A stretch of 14,910 nucleotides of DNA, taken from positions 1 through 14,910 of the forward strand of contig JBKPAK010000297.1 of NCBI GenBank assembly GCA_046726415.1, given 5' to 3'. The DNA comes from Candidatus Methylomirabilota bacterium. GTDB taxonomy: Bacteria; Methylomirabilota; Methylomirabilia; Rokubacteriales; CSP1-6. Every line of letters starts with the position of its first letter. The stretch's first letter is position 1. The notes under the pieces were generated by a model that ran no database searches, was not told the origin of the DNA, and was given only the letters and a program-made list of their open reading frames with translations. Below are positions 1 to 9,100 of this stretch, in pieces. The position numbers and the translations under genes are program-made.

Positions 1-320
1 CCGAGCGGCCACTCGCAGAGCACGGCCTTCCCGGCCTGCAGGCCGGCCATGACCAGATCCCGATGACCGGGGACCCGCACGCACACGACGATGAGGTCGA
101 CCTCCGGATGCGCTGCCATGTCGCTGAACCGATGGAATGCCCGCTCGGCGCCAAACGCCGCGGCCGAGGCCTTGGCGGTGTCCTCGCGCGAGGTGCAGAC
201 CGCTTTCAGCTCGTAGTGCGGCAGAGCCTTCAGGGCGGGAACGTGGGCATTGGCCCCCCAGCCGCTGCCTCCCTGGGTCAGGGTCGCTCCCACGATGCCC
301 ACTCGAGTCTTGTCCGTCAT
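1..320 (-). CDS. Gfo/Idh/MocA family oxidoreductase, N-terminal part (runs off the left edge)
   Basis: Not in the ORF track; my translation from ATG at 320 is MTDKTRVGIVGATLTQGGSGWGANAHVPALKALPHYELKAVCT...HPEVDLIVVCVRVPGHRDLVMAGLQAGKAVLCEWPL. It has a Rossmann start (RVGIVGA) and a GKxVLCEWP variant of the family CEKP motif. The start overlaps the upstream gene's stop (ATGA, 317-320). Confidence 0.92.
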   Translation of the reverse strand, partial: MTDKTRVGIVGATLTQGGSGWGANAHVPALKALPHYELKAVCTSREDTAKASAAAFGAERAFHRFSDMAAHPEVDLIVVCVRVPGHRDLVMAGLQAGKAVLCEWPL

Positions 321-1546
321 CGGCGGGCATCCTTCAGATCGGGCACGTTGCCGGACGAGGCGGCCAGCAGCGGCGACTTCGTGACGGCCAGCGCGGCCGC
401 CGCGGCCTCGTTTTCGGTGATCTTCGCCATCACCGCCTCGCGGGCGCGGTTGAAATACTCGCGGTTGGTGCTGACGAATTCGCGGGACCGCCGCAACCCG
501 GCGAGATAGCCATTGATTTCCGGCACCACGTAGCGCGCCACCATGTCCCAGCTTCGCATGGTGTTTTCCGGGTTGGCCCAGTCGTGGACAAAGCCCACGA
601 CCGTGCCGAACCCGCCGGAGATCTCGACGATTGACTTGATCCGCTCGACGAGATCGTCCGGGGTGCCAATCGTGGCGGCGGCGCCGGAGGCGAACGCGGT
701 CTTGTCCACGGCTTCATCGGGGGTCGTGAAGGGACGCGCCCCAGGCCGTTGCAAGGTCGCGGTGATGTACTCGTTGTGATGCCGCAGTAGACCGTCGCGG
801 GCCTCGGCGCGGGCTCTCTCACGGGTTTCGGCGATGTGCCAGCTCAGCAGCACGCGCCAGTCTTTGCGGTCGACCGTCTGGCCGTGTTCGGCGGCGGCGG
901 CCTCCGCGAAGCCCCATTGCGTGGGCAGGGCGTTCAGACCCTCCTCTGACAGCGACCCGATCGAGATGACCCCGATTCCGTGCTTTCCAGCCAGGGTCAT
1001 GCCCGAGGGGCTGATCTGGGAGGCGACGGCACAGGGCATGTCCTCCTGCAACGGCAACAACTGCAGGGCGGCGTCCTGCAACGTGAACCAGTCGGACTTG
1101 GCGGTCACGCGCTCGCCGCGGAACAGGCGGCGGATGATGCCGATGGCCTCGTCTTGGCGGTCGCGGAGCAGCATCGGATCGACGCCGAGCGTGTGGGCGT
1201 CCGACGCCAGCGCGCCCGGCCCCGAGCCGAAGATCGCCCGTCCGCCGGTCATGTAATCGAGCTGTACCATCCGTTGCGCCACGTTGAAGGGATGGTGATA
1301 GGGGAGGGAGACGACCCCCGTGGCGAGCTTGATGCGCTTCGATCGCTCGCCCGCCGCGGCGAGGAACATCTCGGGCGATCCAATCATCTCCCAGCCGCTG
1401 GAATGGTGCTCGCCGCACCAGAATTCGTCGTACCCGAGCTTGTCCAGGTGCTCCACGAGATCGAGATCGCGGCGGAACTGCAACATCGGGTGCTCACCGA
1501 TAGGATGGTGGGGGGCGAGGAAGGCGCCAAAGTTCAAACGCGGCAT
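317..1546 (-). CDS. LLM class flavin-dependent oxidoreductase (luciferase-like monooxygenase, limonene 1,2-monooxygenase-like)
   Basis: 409 aa with FGAFLAPHH, LGYDEFWCGEHH, IKLATGVVSLPYHHPFNVAQRMVQLD, GRAIFGSGPG and IGTPDD motifs. AGGAG Shine-Dalgarno at 1560-1556. Confidence 0.93.
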   Translation of the reverse strand: MPRLNFGAFLAPHHPIGEHPMLQFRRDLDLVEHLDKLGYDEFWCGEHHSSGWEMIGSPEMFLAAAGERSKRIKLATGVVSLPYHHPFNVAQRMVQLDYMTGGRAIFGSGPGALASDAHTLGVDPMLLRDRQDEAIGIIRRLFRGERVTAKSDWFTLQDAALQLLPLQEDMPCAVASQISPSGMTLAGKHGIGVISIGSLSEEGLNALPTQWGFAEAAAAEHGQTVDRKDWRVLLSWHIAETRERARAEARDGLLRHHNEYITATLQRPGARPFTTPDEAVDKTAFASGAAATIGTPDDLVERIKSIVEISGGFGTVVGFVHDWANPENTMRSWDMVARYVVPEINGYLAGLRRSREFVSTNREYFNRAREAVMAKITENEAAAAALAVTKSPLLAASSGNVPDLKDARR

Positions 1547-1880
1547 GAGCAGGGTCTCCTGGTTCGTGATGGTGCACCCCCAACGTTACCATTGCTCGAT
1601 GGCGCCGAGCCGATCAGTGTCGGCCTCACCGACGCTTATTCGGAAGCGCCTGCGTCGGCCGGGCTGCTTGCGCCGATCCACAAAATCTTCCGGGTCGGGG
1701 GCCCGAACTGGAAGACGAGCGCGGTCCACATCGTCCTCGGTATGACCAGACGCGGAAGTGGAATCGTCCCCGGGATGCCGAAAATGGCCAGCGCCAGCAT
1801 GGCCTCGCGTAGGCGGCGCGCCGCTGGGGTTGACAATGGCTGGGTCTTGTCTTCCGCCGGCATGTCAAGGGACTCGCGGG

Positions 1881-2254
1881 CAGATCGTGAATGTCGGTCT
1901 TGACCCGCCGGGAGGAGTTGGTGGTACCGAGCTGGCCGTTGCTGTCAATCAGGACCGCGAGAGCATCGTTGGCCCCGGTGGTCACGCCCCGGATGCCGGC
2001 GATGAAGGTGGCCGTCTGGGTGCCGCCGGTGCGGATGAGGGCGTCATCGGCGGAGGTGCCGGCGTTGGCGATGTGGATGTTGTTATTCCCCGTCGTCACA
2101 TTGAGCCCGGCGTTGGCCCCGATGGCAGTGTTGTTGACACCCGTGGTGTTGTGAGGAGGGCGCCGTGACCCGTGGCGGTGTTGCCGCCGCCCGTGGTGTT
2201 GAACTGCAGGGCCTCGACTCCGACGGCGGTGTTTCTGGCGCCCGTGAAGTTGTT
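1881..2254 (-). pseudogene. Internal fragment of a repeat-rich fibre-like protein with the start of a peptidase S74 (intramolecular chaperone) domain
   Basis: About 17-aa repeats NFTGARNTAVGVEALQF / NTTGGGNTATGHGALLx / NTTGVNNTAIGANAGL, then FIAGIRGVTTG...VLIDSNGQLGTTNSSRRVKTDIHDL (S74-type SSRRxKxDI). One-base frameshift at 2151-2152, no start codon, and similarity ends just after the motif. Confidence 0.8.
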
Positions 2255-2432
2255 TAAGCTAAGGGTTATTTGGCCCCAAGGAGATGGCGCTGCTCGGCAG
2301 CGGGCGCCGGCGGCCCGACGTCGCCAGACGCCGATCTCTGCTGCCGACGCCAGCGTTGGCCTGATCGAACCCCGCGGCGGCTCGGACAGGCCGGGTGCGC
2401 GGTGCCGCGAAACACGGGAAGGCGGTCGAGCA

Positions 2433-3623
2433 ATGGCGCAATCGATCACGCAAGCCCTCGACACGGTCCTCGACTACACCGTCAACCGGGCCGGCGGCGC
2501 GCCGGGCGTCGTGGCGATGGTGACGGACCGCAACCGCAATATCTACGAAGGAGCGGCCGGCAAGCGCGAGCTCGGTAAAGTTCAGCCGATGACGACCGAC
2601 AGCGTGTTCGCGATCTACTCGACCACGAAGGCCGTCACCGGCACGTGCGTCATGCGACTCGTCGAGGAAGGCAAGATCGGCCTGTCCGACCCGGCAAGAA
2701 GATACGTCCCCGAGATCGCCGAGGTCGGAGTGCTGACCGGCTTCGACGCCGCTGGCCAGCCGCAAACGCGGCGGCCCAACCGCGACATCACGATCAACGA
2801 CTTGATGCTGCACACCTCGGGCTTCTGCTATGAGTTCTTCAGCTCCGACGACTTGAAGTACCGCACGGCGAAGAAGATCCCCTCGGTGATCACCTGCACC
2901 GCCGCCTCGATCAAGACCGTGCTGCTGCACGACCCGGGCGAGCGCTGGACCTACGGCGTGAACATTGACTGGCTCGGCCTCATCGTCGAGCAGCAGAACC
3001 GCGGCAAGCGCCTGGGCGAGGTGATGAAGGAGCGCATCTTCGGCCCGCTGGGCATCACCGACATGGCCTTCACCCTGACCGACTCGATGAAGGCGCGACT
3101 CGTGACCATGCACGACCGGGCAGCTGACGGCAAGGTGACGGTCAAGCCCCTCGTGCTGCCGCAGCCGCCCGAACTCGACTGCGGCGGCCACGGCCTGCAT
3201 GCGAGCGTGGGCGAGTACATGAAGTTCATCCGCATGTTCCTCAACGATGGCGCCGGGCCGAACGGCCGCGTGCTGAAGCCGGGGACGGTGGCGCACATGT
3301 GGGAGGACGGGCTGGCGAAGCCGGGACTGGCGAGCACCGGCTGGGTCACGTCGATCCCGTCGATCACCAACACCGGCGAGTTTTTCCCGGGCGTCGCCAA
3401 GGGCTGGGCGCACACCTTCATGTTCAACCGCGAGGACACGCCCTCGGGCCGGCCGGCCGGCTCGCTGATGTGGGCCGGATTGCCCAACTGCTTCTTCTGG
3501 ATCGACCGCAGGAACGGTGTCGGCGGTTACTGGGCGTCGCAGATCATGCCATTCCAGGACGTCGCGTCATACCCGGGCTTCGTTGACTTTGAAACCGCGG
3601 CGTACCGTTCGCTGAATCTCTGA
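2433..3623 (+). CDS. Serine hydrolase, beta-lactamase-like family VIII esterase (EstB/LovD-like)
   Basis: SxxK (IYSTTK), LMLHTSG, catalytic Tyr in PGERWTYGVNIDWLG, GGHGL and WAG (LMWAGLPN). Start moved to ATG 2433 (MAQSITQAL, 396 aa); the longer ORF-track start runs antisense through the fibre pseudogene. Confidence 0.92.
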   Translation: MAQSITQALDTVLDYTVNRAGGAPGVVAMVTDRNRNIYEGAAGKRELGKVQPMTTDSVFAIYSTTKAVTGTCVMRLVEEGKIGLSDPARRYVPEIAEVGVLTGFDAAGQPQTRRPNRDITINDLMLHTSGFCYEFFSSDDLKYRTAKKIPSVITCTAASIKTVLLHDPGERWTYGVNIDWLGLIVEQQNRGKRLGEVMKERIFGPLGITDMAFTLTDSMKARLVTMHDRAADGKVTVKPLVLPQPPELDCGGHGLHASVGEYMKFIRMFLNDGAGPNGRVLKPGTVAHMWEDGLAKPGLASTGWVTSIPSITNTGEFFPGVAKGWAHTFMFNREDTPSGRPAGSLMWAGLPNCFFWIDRRNGVGGYWASQIMPFQDVASYPGFVDFETAAYRSLNL

Positions 3624-3641
3624 CACGTCGGCGCCCGGCCG

Positions 3642-3671
3642 TTGACACCCCGGCGCGACCCGACATAGCAT
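3642..3671 (+). promoter_or_regulatory. Sigma70-like promoter with no intact gene behind it
   Basis: TTGACA (3642-3647), 18-nt spacer, TAGCAT (3666-3671), directly after the esterase stop and reading into the IS110 remnant. Confidence 0.5.
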
Positions 3672-3690
3672 CGCCGCTGGTCGAGCCGGG

Positions 3691-3847
3691 GGCGCGTTCC
3701 AGCAGTTTCTCGCGCACTGTGAGCCGAGCTCCCCGGTTGCGCTGGAGACAGTCGGCAACTGGTACTGGATTGTCGACGAGATCGAGGGGGGCCGGCTGTC
3801 TCCCCAAGCTCGTGCATGCGCGCAAAGCCAAGCTAATGATGGGCATC
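3691..3847 (+). mobile_element. IS110 family transposase remnant (part of the N-terminal DEDD domain)
   Basis: My translation is [32 protein letters not shown], then a frameshift in the G6 run at 3786-3791, then [19 protein letters not shown]. This fits the IS110 pattern VAxExxGxxxW...G...LVH. The first catalytic Asp and the KTDxxDA motif are absent. Confidence 0.8.
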
Positions 3848-4158
3848 CCCTGCCAATCGGTGAGCGCCCCACGCATGACGTCGAGAGCTCGCTCCACTTC
3901 GACGGGGTTGCGGCGCCCCGTCAACCGCTGGATGGCCGCCAGCTCGTCCCTGAGGTGTAAGCGCCGCCGCTCGCGCTCTTGCATGGCCGTCAGGAGGGCG
4001 GGAATGTCACCGCCGGCCGCGATCGCCTGGGCGAGCCGCCCGACCTCGGCCTCGAGCCGAGTCATCTCTTCGTGGAGCGCGATGCTCCGATCCTCGCCGT
4101 CGGTCGGCGTCTCGAGCGCAGAGAGGGCCTTGTAGAGCGCCGTTTCCAGGACCTCGAC
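3844..4158 (-). pseudogene. Fragment of a large serine recombinase (coiled-coil region after the zinc ribbon)
   Basis: VEVLETALYKAL...[51 protein letters not shown]...LTDWQGM. The 'LExExxRLxxAIAxGG..LLxAxxERExRRxxLxxEL' pattern is typical of this region. No catalytic domain, start or stop. Confidence 0.7.
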
Positions 4159-4195
4159 TATAAAAGCCCAGTTGACGGAACCGCCGTTCTCGGCA

Positions 4196-4234
4196 CCCCC
4201 ACCCCCGCCCCCCCGCCGCCGCTCCTCCCCCCCC
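4196..4234. repeat. C-rich low-complexity tract (G8-N12-G7-C-G5-T-G5 on the minus strand)
   Basis: Read directly: C5 at 4196-4200, C5 at 4202-4206, C7 at 4208-4214, C8 at 4227-4234. Confidence 0.85.
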
Positions 4235-4290
4235 GGCACAGTACGACCCTCGCGGACGGCTCGGCGTACGCGAGGTGGCGGGCCTCTCGG

Positions 4291-4968
4291 GGGAATCTTG
4301 CCCAGCTCACGTTCTTGGTCGGCTTCCCGTCGGCCCTTACCCGATTGGGCTTCCCCGGCGGCCTCGGCATCTGGCCGGTGAGCAGCCCCTTGGTGCTGCA
4401 GGTTCTGGCCGTGGTCGTCTTGGGAGACCTGCTCGAATACTGGTACCACCGCCTCGCGCATACGGTGTCCTGGCTCTGGCCGATGCACGCGATTCATCAC
4501 ACGCCGATCCGACTGAACACGCTCAAGGGTCCTCGGCATCATGTGATCTACTACCTGGGCCGCGGCGCGCTCGTGTGGGCGCCACTGCTCGTCATTGGGG
4601 TTCCGCCAAGACTCGTCGCGTGGCAGTTCGTGGCAGTTGTTCTGCTCGGGAGCTTGGCTCACGCCAACATCGCATTCAGGATCCCCGCCTTCGTACACCG
4701 CATCTTCGTCACGCCGGAAGTTCATCGTATCCATCATTCGATCGACGCGCGTCACGGGAACTCGAACTACTCCACGGTGTTCCCGGTCTGGGATCTTCTC
4801 TTCGGCAGCTACACGGACCCGAGGGTGGTCGAGGCGCGCGAGGCGGGAATCCATCAAGACCCCATCCCGCGGCGATTCCTCAGCGAGCTCCTGTCACCAT
4901 TGACGTTTCGTCGCCTGGCCGGCAGCGCGGCAACCCCCGCCGCGGCGGGAGCTCCTAGGCTCCGGTGA
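4291..4968 (+). pseudogene. Sterol desaturase / fatty acid hydroxylase superfamily gene, apparently 5'-truncated
   Basis: His boxes HRLAH, HAIHH, HANI and HRIHH, plus NYSTVFPVWDLLFGSY and hydrophobic segments. No convincing start or RBS; the frame upstream runs into the poly-C tract and antisense to the recombinase remnant. The 5' coordinate is approximate. Confidence 0.75.
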
Positions 4969-4979
4969 TGAGGGTCGAG

Positions 4980-5062
4980 AGCAAGGGGCCCGCACATAAC
5001 ACGACCAGGATGCGCCCCGGTATGCTCTCCATCGCGCAGCACGAGGCGTCCAAACCGATGGT
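4980..5062 (-). pseudogene. 3'-end remnant of an N-acyl-D-amino-acid deacylase (D-aminoacylase-like amidohydrolase), copy 1
   Basis: Reads IGLDAS, then a 19-bp deletion at 5042/5043 relative to copy 2, then VLRDGEHTGAHPGRVMCGPLA. Aligns codon for codon with 9260-9451. Confidence 0.78.
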
Positions 5063-5111
5063 GAAGGCCACTCGGCGCGGCTCTGACCATTCGTCCGGGG
5101 CCGAGGGTGTG

Positions 5112-6038
5112 TCATCGCGCCTTCAGCGTGTGCCGGGCGAAGAATGCTGCCAAGCGCTCGGCCATCCCGCGCGGGTTTTCCAGATAGAGAAGGTGCGTGG
5201 CCCCGGGGAGGACGAACCCCTCGGCGTTGGGCAACCAGGTGAGCAGCATCTCCTGACGCGCGCTCCAGATCGGCGACTGCTCCTTGCTTTTCTCTCCGAC
5301 GACCGCGAGGACGGGCTGGGTGATCCGGCGCGCGTCCTCGCGTCTGAACGACCACTGCCGAACCGCCGGCAGCTCCTGACCGAAGAACGTGTCGGCGGAA
5401 GCGACCGCCTCGCCGAAGGCCGCCGGAAGCACCCGGTCGAGGACGACCCGGTAGTCGGGCCCGGTGACACCACGCATGAAGCCGTCGACGGCGCCCGCCT
5501 TGTCGCCGGCGCGGTACCGCTCAAGAACCGGCGCCATGAAGGCTCTCGTCGACAGCAGGCGCTCCGATCCGCTCGCCTCCACCGGCAGGGCGGGCTCCAG
5601 CACGGCGAGCGAGCCGACCATCTCGGGAGCGTCCAGGGCGAGCTGCAGGATGATGTTGCCGGCCGAGGAATGCCCGACCAGGTGCGCTCGCTCTATTCCC
5701 AGATGGCGCATGAGCGCGCTGAGGTGGGCCGCCTGCTGAGCGAGGCTGACCGGCCCCGGCACGCGGCTGCTGCCCGCATAGCCGATTCGATGATAGGTCA
5801 GCACGCGATATCGGCCGGCGAGGGCGGGTTCGTCGAGAAGGGGCTGGTACCAGCGGGCGAAGACTCCGGCGTGCACGAGCACGACTGGCTCACCGACCCC
5901 TCGGACCTCGTATTCGAGCTCGATGCCGTCGAGACTGGCTCGACTCATGGCGCGTGTCCTCTCCTCGGTCGCCGCGCGATGCGGCAGGGTGACGAGCCAC
6001 ACTACGCTGAGCATGGTAAGCGCTGCGATCACCTTCAT
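5112..6038 (-). CDS. Alpha/beta fold hydrolase with a possible N-terminal signal peptide
   Basis: GEPVVLVHAG, YHRIGYAGSS, nucleophile elbow LVGHSSAG and C-terminal LPGATHLL..ENP. GAGGAGG precedes ATG 6038; a second in-frame ATG at 5948 has its own GAGGAG. Confidence 0.9.
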   Translation of the reverse strand: MKVIAALTMLSVVWLVTLPHRAATEERTRAMSRASLDGIELEYEVRGVGEPVVLVHAGVFARWYQPLLDEPALAGRYRVLTYHRIGYAGSSRVPGPVSLAQQAAHLSALMRHLGIERAHLVGHSSAGNIILQLALDAPEMVGSLAVLEPALPVEASGSERLLSTRAFMAPVLERYRAGDKAGAVDGFMRGVTGPDYRVVLDRVLPAAFGEAVASADTFFGQELPAVRQWSFRREDARRITQPVLAVVGEKSKEQSPIWSARQEMLLTWLPNAEGFVLPGATHLLYLENPRGMAERLAAFFARHTLKAR

Positions 6039-6070
6039 GGCGGATCCTCCTCACCCCCCGTCCTACGCCG

Positions 6071-6114
6071 CGGGCGTAAACGAGCCGTAAACCGGACCGT
6101 GAAAAATCGCGTCA
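6071..6114 (-). promoter_or_regulatory. Direct-repeat operator candidate in the divergent promoter (copy A)
   Basis: Minus strand TGACGCGATTTTTCACGGTCCGGTTTACGGCTCGTTTACGCCCG has four ACG cores spaced 12/12/11 bp; the last two are exact GTTTACG repeats 11 bp apart. Homologous to 9534-9577. Confidence 0.7.
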
Positions 6115-6176
6115 GCAAGCGTCTTGGCGCGGCTGGTGAGTGGTGATAGCGTCGACACCGTACAGGCGTGTTGCTG

Positions 6177-9100
6177 ATGACACGTTTGCACCTGAGTCTC
6201 CTTGGTGGCTTCGAGGCTCGGCTCGAGCACGGCTCCCCTCTGACTTTCCGCACACAGAAGGCTCAGGCACTGTTGGCGTATCTGGCCGTGCGTGCTGGTC
6301 AGCCGCATCGCCGTGACAAGCTGGCGGCGCTCCTGTGGGGAGCGATGCGCGAAGAGCAGGCGCGCACGAGCCTCCGGCAAGCCCTCTACGACCTCCGGAA
6401 GAATCTCGGCGGCGCCGCCGAGATCCTGCGCACCGAGGGAGAAACGGTGTCGCTCGATTCCGCCGCAGTGGAGCTCGATGTCACGACGTTCACCCGGATC
6501 GCCGGCGAGGAGACGCCCGAAGCGCTGGAGCAGGCAGCGCTTCTGTATCGTGGCGACCTCCTGGAGGGATTCGGTGTCGACGAGGAGCCGTTCGAGGCGT
6601 GGCTGATGGAGGAGCGGGAGCGGCTGCGCGATCTCGCGATCGACACCCTGGCGAGGGCGCTCGCCCATCAACGCAAGACCGGCGCCTTCGCCGCCGCTCT
6701 CCGAACAGCGCGCCAGCTCCTGGCGATCGATCATCTGCAGGAGCCGGTACACCGTACGCTCATGCGCCTGCACGTGCAGGCCGGTCAGCGAGCAGCCGCG
6801 CTTCGTCAGTATCAGCAGTGCGTGGCCGTGCTACAGCGCGAGCTGGGCGTCGAGCCCGAACCCGAGACCAAGCAGCTCTACCAGGACATCCTCCGTCAAC
6901 GAAGCATCCCTGGCGCATCGACCACAGGTAGCGCCGCGGGAGCGCCCGCACGTCGGCTCGCGCGGGCAGCGCTCGACCACCCGCTCGCGGAGACTCCGCT
7001 GGTCGGTCGCGATGGTCCCCTGGCGCAGCTCGACGCGGCGCTCCGTCAGGCCGAGGCGGGCCACGGCCAGATGGTCGCGATCCTCGGAGAGGCCGGGATC
7101 GGCAAGAGTCGTCTCGTCGAGGAGCTGATCGCCCGCGCCGCGCAGAACAACGGCCGGATCCTCCTCGGCCGCGCGTACGAAAGTGATCAGATCCTGCTCT
7201 TCGGACCGTTCGTCGACGCCCTCCGCGTCGATGAGCTGGCTCTCGACTCGACGGTCGTGGAGACGCTAGGTCCGGCCTGGCGAGCGGAGCTATCGACTTT
7301 GCTGCCCCAGCTCGCCCCGTCGAGCGCGACTCGGCCGCCCGAGCGGGTCGATTACCGGCGGCTCTTCGAGTGCATCGCTCAGCTGCTGCAGCAGCTCTCT
7401 GCCCGCGCGCCGCTGCTCCTCGTGCTCGAAGATCTGCACTGGGCCGACGAGCTGAGCTTGCGCCTCCTGGCGTTCCTGGGGCGTCGCGTGCCGGCCGATC
7501 GAATCCTCATCGTCCTCACGGCCCGCGAGGAAGAGCTCGCGGAGAATCCCGCGCTGCGCCGAACGCTCCAGGACCTCTCCCAACGGGAGCAGCTGCGCTC
7601 CGTCCATCTCTCGGCGCTCTTGCAACCCGAGACCGAGACCCTCGTCGGGCTCCTCGCGCCCGCTCGCAAGGCGGACACGGGCATCGAGCCGCTGGGCCGG
7701 CAGGTGTGGGTCGCCACCGAAGGGAATCCCTTCATGATCGTGGAGACGATGCGCGGGCTGCAGGACGGCACCGCCGAGGCCCTGGCGTTGCCGCAGCGCG
7801 TGCGCGAGGTCATCGAACGCCGCCTCGATCGGCTGGCGGCTGAGAGCCAGTCGCTGTTGAGCGTCGCCGCGGCGATCGGGCGAGAGTTCGAGTTCGAGCT
7901 TTTGCGGCGCGCCGCCGGCTTCGAGGAGGACGCCGGCGCGCAGGGGGTGGAAGAGCTCGTTCGACGGCGGCTGCTGACGGCCTCAGGAGACCGTCTCGAC
8001 TTCACCCATCATCGAATCCGCGAGGTCGCCTACGGCGAGCTCCCACCGTGGCGTCGCCGGCGCCTGCACTCCCGCATTGCCGAGACGATCGAGGACCTGT
8101 ACGTCGACCGCGTGCCCGATTTCTGGGAGGCGCTCGCCGAGCATTTCGAGCGCGGCGAGCGGTGGGCCAAGGCGACCGACTACTACCTGGCCGCGGCCGA
8201 GCGAGCGCGGCGGCGCTACGCCTACACCACCGCCGAGCGGTCGTGCCGGCAGGCCGCGACGGCGGCCGCGAACGCGCCGGACACCGCCGAGCAGCGAACG
8301 CGGGCCCTCGAGCTGCAGGGCGACGTCGCGAGCCTCCGAGGTGACCTCGAGGGGGCGAACCGGAACTATCAGACCGCCATCGACCTGGAGCCGAGCGAGC
8401 CGGCGCGCGATCGGCTGGCCAACAAGCTCCACCGGCCACGGCTCACGTGTCGAGACGGCGCCAAGCTAGCGTTCTATGAGCACGGCAGCGGGGCAGAGAC
8501 GCTGCTCTTCATGAACCCGATCGTCTACGGGCTGGAGATCTTTCAGCCGGTTCTCGAGCACCTCTGCCAGGAATTTCGGGTCATCACGATGGACGCTCGC
8601 GGCACGGGGCGCTCGGATCCGCTCGGCCCCGGATACGCCACCTGCGATCACGCGGCCGATGTCGGGGCTGTCATCGAAGCGGCGGGCGGACCGGTCACCG
8701 CGATCGGCATCTCCAAGAGCAGCAGCATCCTGGTCCGATTGGCGATCGCCGCGCCGTCGCTCGTCAAGAAGCTGGTGCTCATCGGTACCGTGCTCGACTT
8801 CTGGCCCAACACGGCCTCGCCGGCGGCGAGCGAGGTGGACGGCCAGTTCCGCGCGGCGCTTCGTGCCGGCGACATCGAGCGCGCCATGCGCCTCTTCGTC
8901 GCGACCATCGTCACCGACCCGGAGACGGGCGAGCTGGCCGAACAGCTCACTCGAACTCTTCTCCGGCTGCCGCGGGACACGATCCTGAGTACGTGGGCCC
9001 CCGATCCCGACGTCGACATCTCTCCGGTGTTGTCTCAGGTGAAGACTCCGACGCTCGTCCTGCACGGCACTCGAGACCAGCGCGTACCGTTGAGGACGGC

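Noticed and set aside
1830..1868. Inverted TTGACA...TGTCAA pair as convergent promoters or an operator
   Set aside because: Neither hexamer has a -10 at proper spacing, and the symmetry barely extends.
2252..2276. dif/Xer-like site (GTTTAAGCTAA-GGG-TTATTTGG)
   Set aside because: Only a partial XerD-arm resemblance, and the spacer is 3 bp instead of 6.
2172..2432. ORF-track N-terminal extension of the serine hydrolase
   Set aside because: It is antisense read-through of the fibre pseudogene plus intergenic DNA; family similarity starts after ATG 2433.
3979..4290. ORF-track start for the desaturase
   Set aside because: Antisense to the recombinase remnant and crosses the poly-C tract; not desaturase-like.
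3544..4857. 437-aa minus-strand ORF as one gene
   Set aside because: A chimera of antisense desaturase, the G-rich tract, the recombinase fragment and antisense IS110.
4936..4949. Perfect palindrome CCCGCCGCGGCGGG as a terminator
   Set aside because: No loop or U-tract, lies inside coding sequence and is all GC.
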